From contig DAQX01000008.1 of the NCBI GenBank assembly GCA_002503055.1, positions 459 through 64,458 on the forward strand: DNA of 64,000 bases, given 5' to 3'. The DNA comes from Euryarchaeota archaeon UBA86 (lineage in GTDB: Archaea; Thermoplasmatota; Poseidoniia; Poseidoniales; Thalassarchaeaceae). Below are positions 62,319-64,000 of this stretch, piece by piece; the stretch's first letter is position 1; each line of letters opens with the position of its first letter. Below the pieces are notes generated by a model. The model was given only the letters and a program-made list of their open reading frames with translations. It searched no databases and was not told where the DNA came from. Made by a program: the position numbers and the translations under genes.

Positions 62319-64000
62319 ATGATGCTAACCTGCGCTAGAACACTCATGAAGATGGCACAGGTTGTCGTTGCCCTCTCGCTCGTCTTTGTCCTGGTGATGA
62401 GTTTAGTTTGTCCCTACAGTCATTCGGACAGCAACCTCACAGAGGAGTCTCTGCGAATGGAGCAATTCGGTGGCGGAGGTTCTCTAGAGGATCAGTGCGG
62501 CTCGATAACATTCGAAGATATGTTCGAGTATACCAATGCGGAGTTTGTTTTCAATGTCAATCCGAATTGGCAAACCGCTGAAGTACAGGCAGTTGCTTGG
62601 ATTAACGAATCTTTGGCAGATGACATCAGGACTACTATGGACGAGTTCATGGCCGAGATTGATCCGAATGACGGAGGCGATGGTTGGTTGTCGACCGATG
62701 AGCGCGAAATCTTCAGAGCGTTGGCCAGCGAGTGTATAGAGCACACTCTTACTCGGATAGGAATTAGAGATGGCGACTATCACAGAGGTGGCGAGGGAGT
62801 CAGTTGGAAGAATACAAGTTGGGAAGAAGACGGAGTCGAAATTCAAGAATTCAACATTGTACCACCTAGGCACTCAGAGATTAGAGAATGCACATCCGCT
62901 TTCGGGAACGAATGTGAGGAAATCCCGGTTATACCCGACGATAATCGAGACTGTGATACCGACATTTCTTCCTCTGATGGAATTGATGAATGCCGTGTCC
63001 AGCTTTGGTTGAATGCCACAATGACCATCCCGGGTGTGACTGATGGAAATCAATTTACTCTGGCCCTCAATGCTTCGAATATGACTCGATCAAGTCTAGA
63101 GTTCAACTTCCCGGTTACACCTGATTTACGCCTAGATATGTGGGAGGAGTGTGAGGGTAGAGATGTAAGCTTCGATGAGGAGTCGTCAATTCCCGCTCCA
63201 ATTCGTGGAACCTGTTTAGGCGATGGTTCCTCATCGTATACTCTCGAAGAACTAGAAACACTCACGGGTGAAGAAAGACTTCGATTCACTATTATGCCAG
63301 ATGCAGAAATCGATGACTGGCCACTAGGTGAGGACTTATTCGCTGATTTCACTACCGCCCCTATTCCCGTAGATGAGCATCCAGAATGGACCGTGGATGC
63401 TCCAGTCGACGGTGCATGGTTCCCGTCCCCGAGCGGTGGTCAGCACATATGGGCAGACTGGGATGACATATCTTCTTGGTTCTCAGATGAGGGTAGTGTG
63501 ACTCAATTGGATATTCGTTGCACTGGTGCAGATTCTCTACAATTGAGCGAGGGTGCTGACCGTTCATTATGGGCCGAGATTCCTAGAGGAAGTCCCGGAG
63601 AAGTCACATGCGAAGCAGTGGATTCTGCGGGCCAGAGTTCTGGTCAGAGAACCTGGAATCTTGGAGTTCCATTCTCTATTGGCACATCTCAAGCGACTTT
63701 GGCTGAACCGCATCCGATTTCTATCACGCCTACTTCACAATGGCCTGCATTGCAACTTGAATTGGCTTTGATTCAGGACGGTCAGGCATCCACACCGACA
63801 TCCATCACCTTCGAAGAAGAAGTTGTGGTAGATTTGACGGCATCGAACATGGTGCCGGGAGAAGTTGATGTCTGGATAAGAATACAAGGAAGTTCGAATG
63901 TGTACTCAATGGAACATATCTATGATATTGATCTGACTAAAGAGAGTTCTCCGCCAATGCTGACTATCACCAATTCAGATTGGGATGGAGCAGAATGGTC
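62319..64000 (+). CDS. Large acidic, Cys-containing secreted protein, 3' end beyond window (absent from the ORF track because no stop codon lies in the window)
   Basis: I translated the + frame starting at ATG 62319 (an in-frame TGA lies at 62304). It is open to nt 64000. It begins MMLTCARTLMKMAQVVVALSLVFVLVMSLV (signal-like) and is followed by acidic, N-glycosylation-sequon-rich sequence. ATG 62346 is an alternative start. Confidence 0.6.
   Translation, partial: MMLTCARTLMKMAQVVVALSLVFVLVMSLVCPYSHSDSNLTEESLRMEQFGGGGSLEDQCGSITFEDMFEYTNAEFVFNVNPNWQTAEVQAVAWINESLADDIRTTMDEFMAEIDPNDGGDGWLSTDEREIFRALASECIEHTLTRIGIRDGDYHRGGEGVSWKNTSWEEDGVEIQEFNIVPPRHSEIRECTSAFGNECEEIPVIPDDNRDCDTDISSSDGIDECRVQLWLNATMTIPGVTDGNQFTLALNASNMTRSSLEFNFPVTPDLRLDMWEECEGRDVSFDEESSIPAPIRGTCLGDGSSSYTLEELETLTGEERLRFTIMPDAEIDDWPLGEDLFADFTTAPIPVDEHPEWTVDAPVDGAWFPSPSGGQHIWADWDDISSWFSDEGSVTQLDIRCTGADSLQLSEGADRSLWAEIPRGSPGEVTCEAVDSAGQSSGQRTWNLGVPFSIGTSQATLAEPHPISITPTSQWPALQLELALIQDGQASTPTSITFEEEVVVDLTASNMVPGEVDVWIRIQGSSNVYSMEHIYDIDLTKESSPPMLTITNSDWDGAEW

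Noticed and set aside
62484-63567. Minus-strand ORFs 62484..62873, 62492..62746, 62843..63028, 63050..63352, 63361..63567
   Set aside because: All lie antisense to a 1.68-kb uninterrupted plus-strand frame with a signal-like start, and they are short and featureless.
1-64000. CRISPR arrays, IS elements, prophage or known defence-system genes
   Set aside because: I saw no regularly spaced direct repeats, no cas-like, transposase, integrase or capsid-like ORFs, and no restriction-modification or toxin-antitoxin-like pairs.

Overview
This 64 kb window is gene-dense (about 55 CDS and one tRNA). I saw no rRNA, CRISPR array, transposase or integrase by eye. The gene content points to a marine planktonic euryarchaeote, possibly Marine Group II/III-like; that placement is inference. 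Supporting markers are the archaeal-type shikimate entry enzymes (ADH synthase plus DHQ synthase II plus GHMP-type shikimate kinase), RibL-type FAD synthetase, an HTH_10 regulator, PGF-CTERM sorting signals, and very acidic secreted proteins with lipobox signal peptides. Housekeeping blocks: a K+-dependent-type membrane pyrophosphatase (5' truncated), a ribB-ribL-ribE-ribH cluster, trxB, a MoeB/ThiF-rhodanese E1-like enzyme, a fused 2-oxoacid dehydrogenase E1 alpha/beta, a CaCA antiporter, an acyl-CoA dehydrogenase, a molybdenum-hydroxylase cluster (mocA, xdhC, 2Fe-2S/Moco/FAD subunits), a MoxR-DUF58 operon, aroA'-aroB'-aroK-aroC, xth, a MacB/FtsX-type ABC pair, tRNA-Leu(UAG) and gpsA. The most interesting region is 52.2-61.7 kb. 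It holds a membrane-anchored single-lobe transferrin homologue that keeps the Asp/Tyr/Tyr/His iron ligands and the carbonate-site Thr. Next to it is a PA-domain M28 ectodomain fused to a ZupT-like ZIP transporter. The same region carries ferrochelatase, a PQQ-type beta-propeller, an orphan lipoprotein, and a PhnC/PhnE-like ABC pair without a canonical PhnD. Four copies of a 16-bp palindrome (TTTAGG-N4-CCTAAA) sit in front of three of these transcription units. I read this as a candidate iron-acquisition regulon. Other notable items are an S8 subtilase fused to an MFS permease, and an acidic PGF-CTERM protein with LDL-receptor-A-like and EF-hand-like calcium motifs. All calls come from reading the sequence and the ORF translations; no searches were run.
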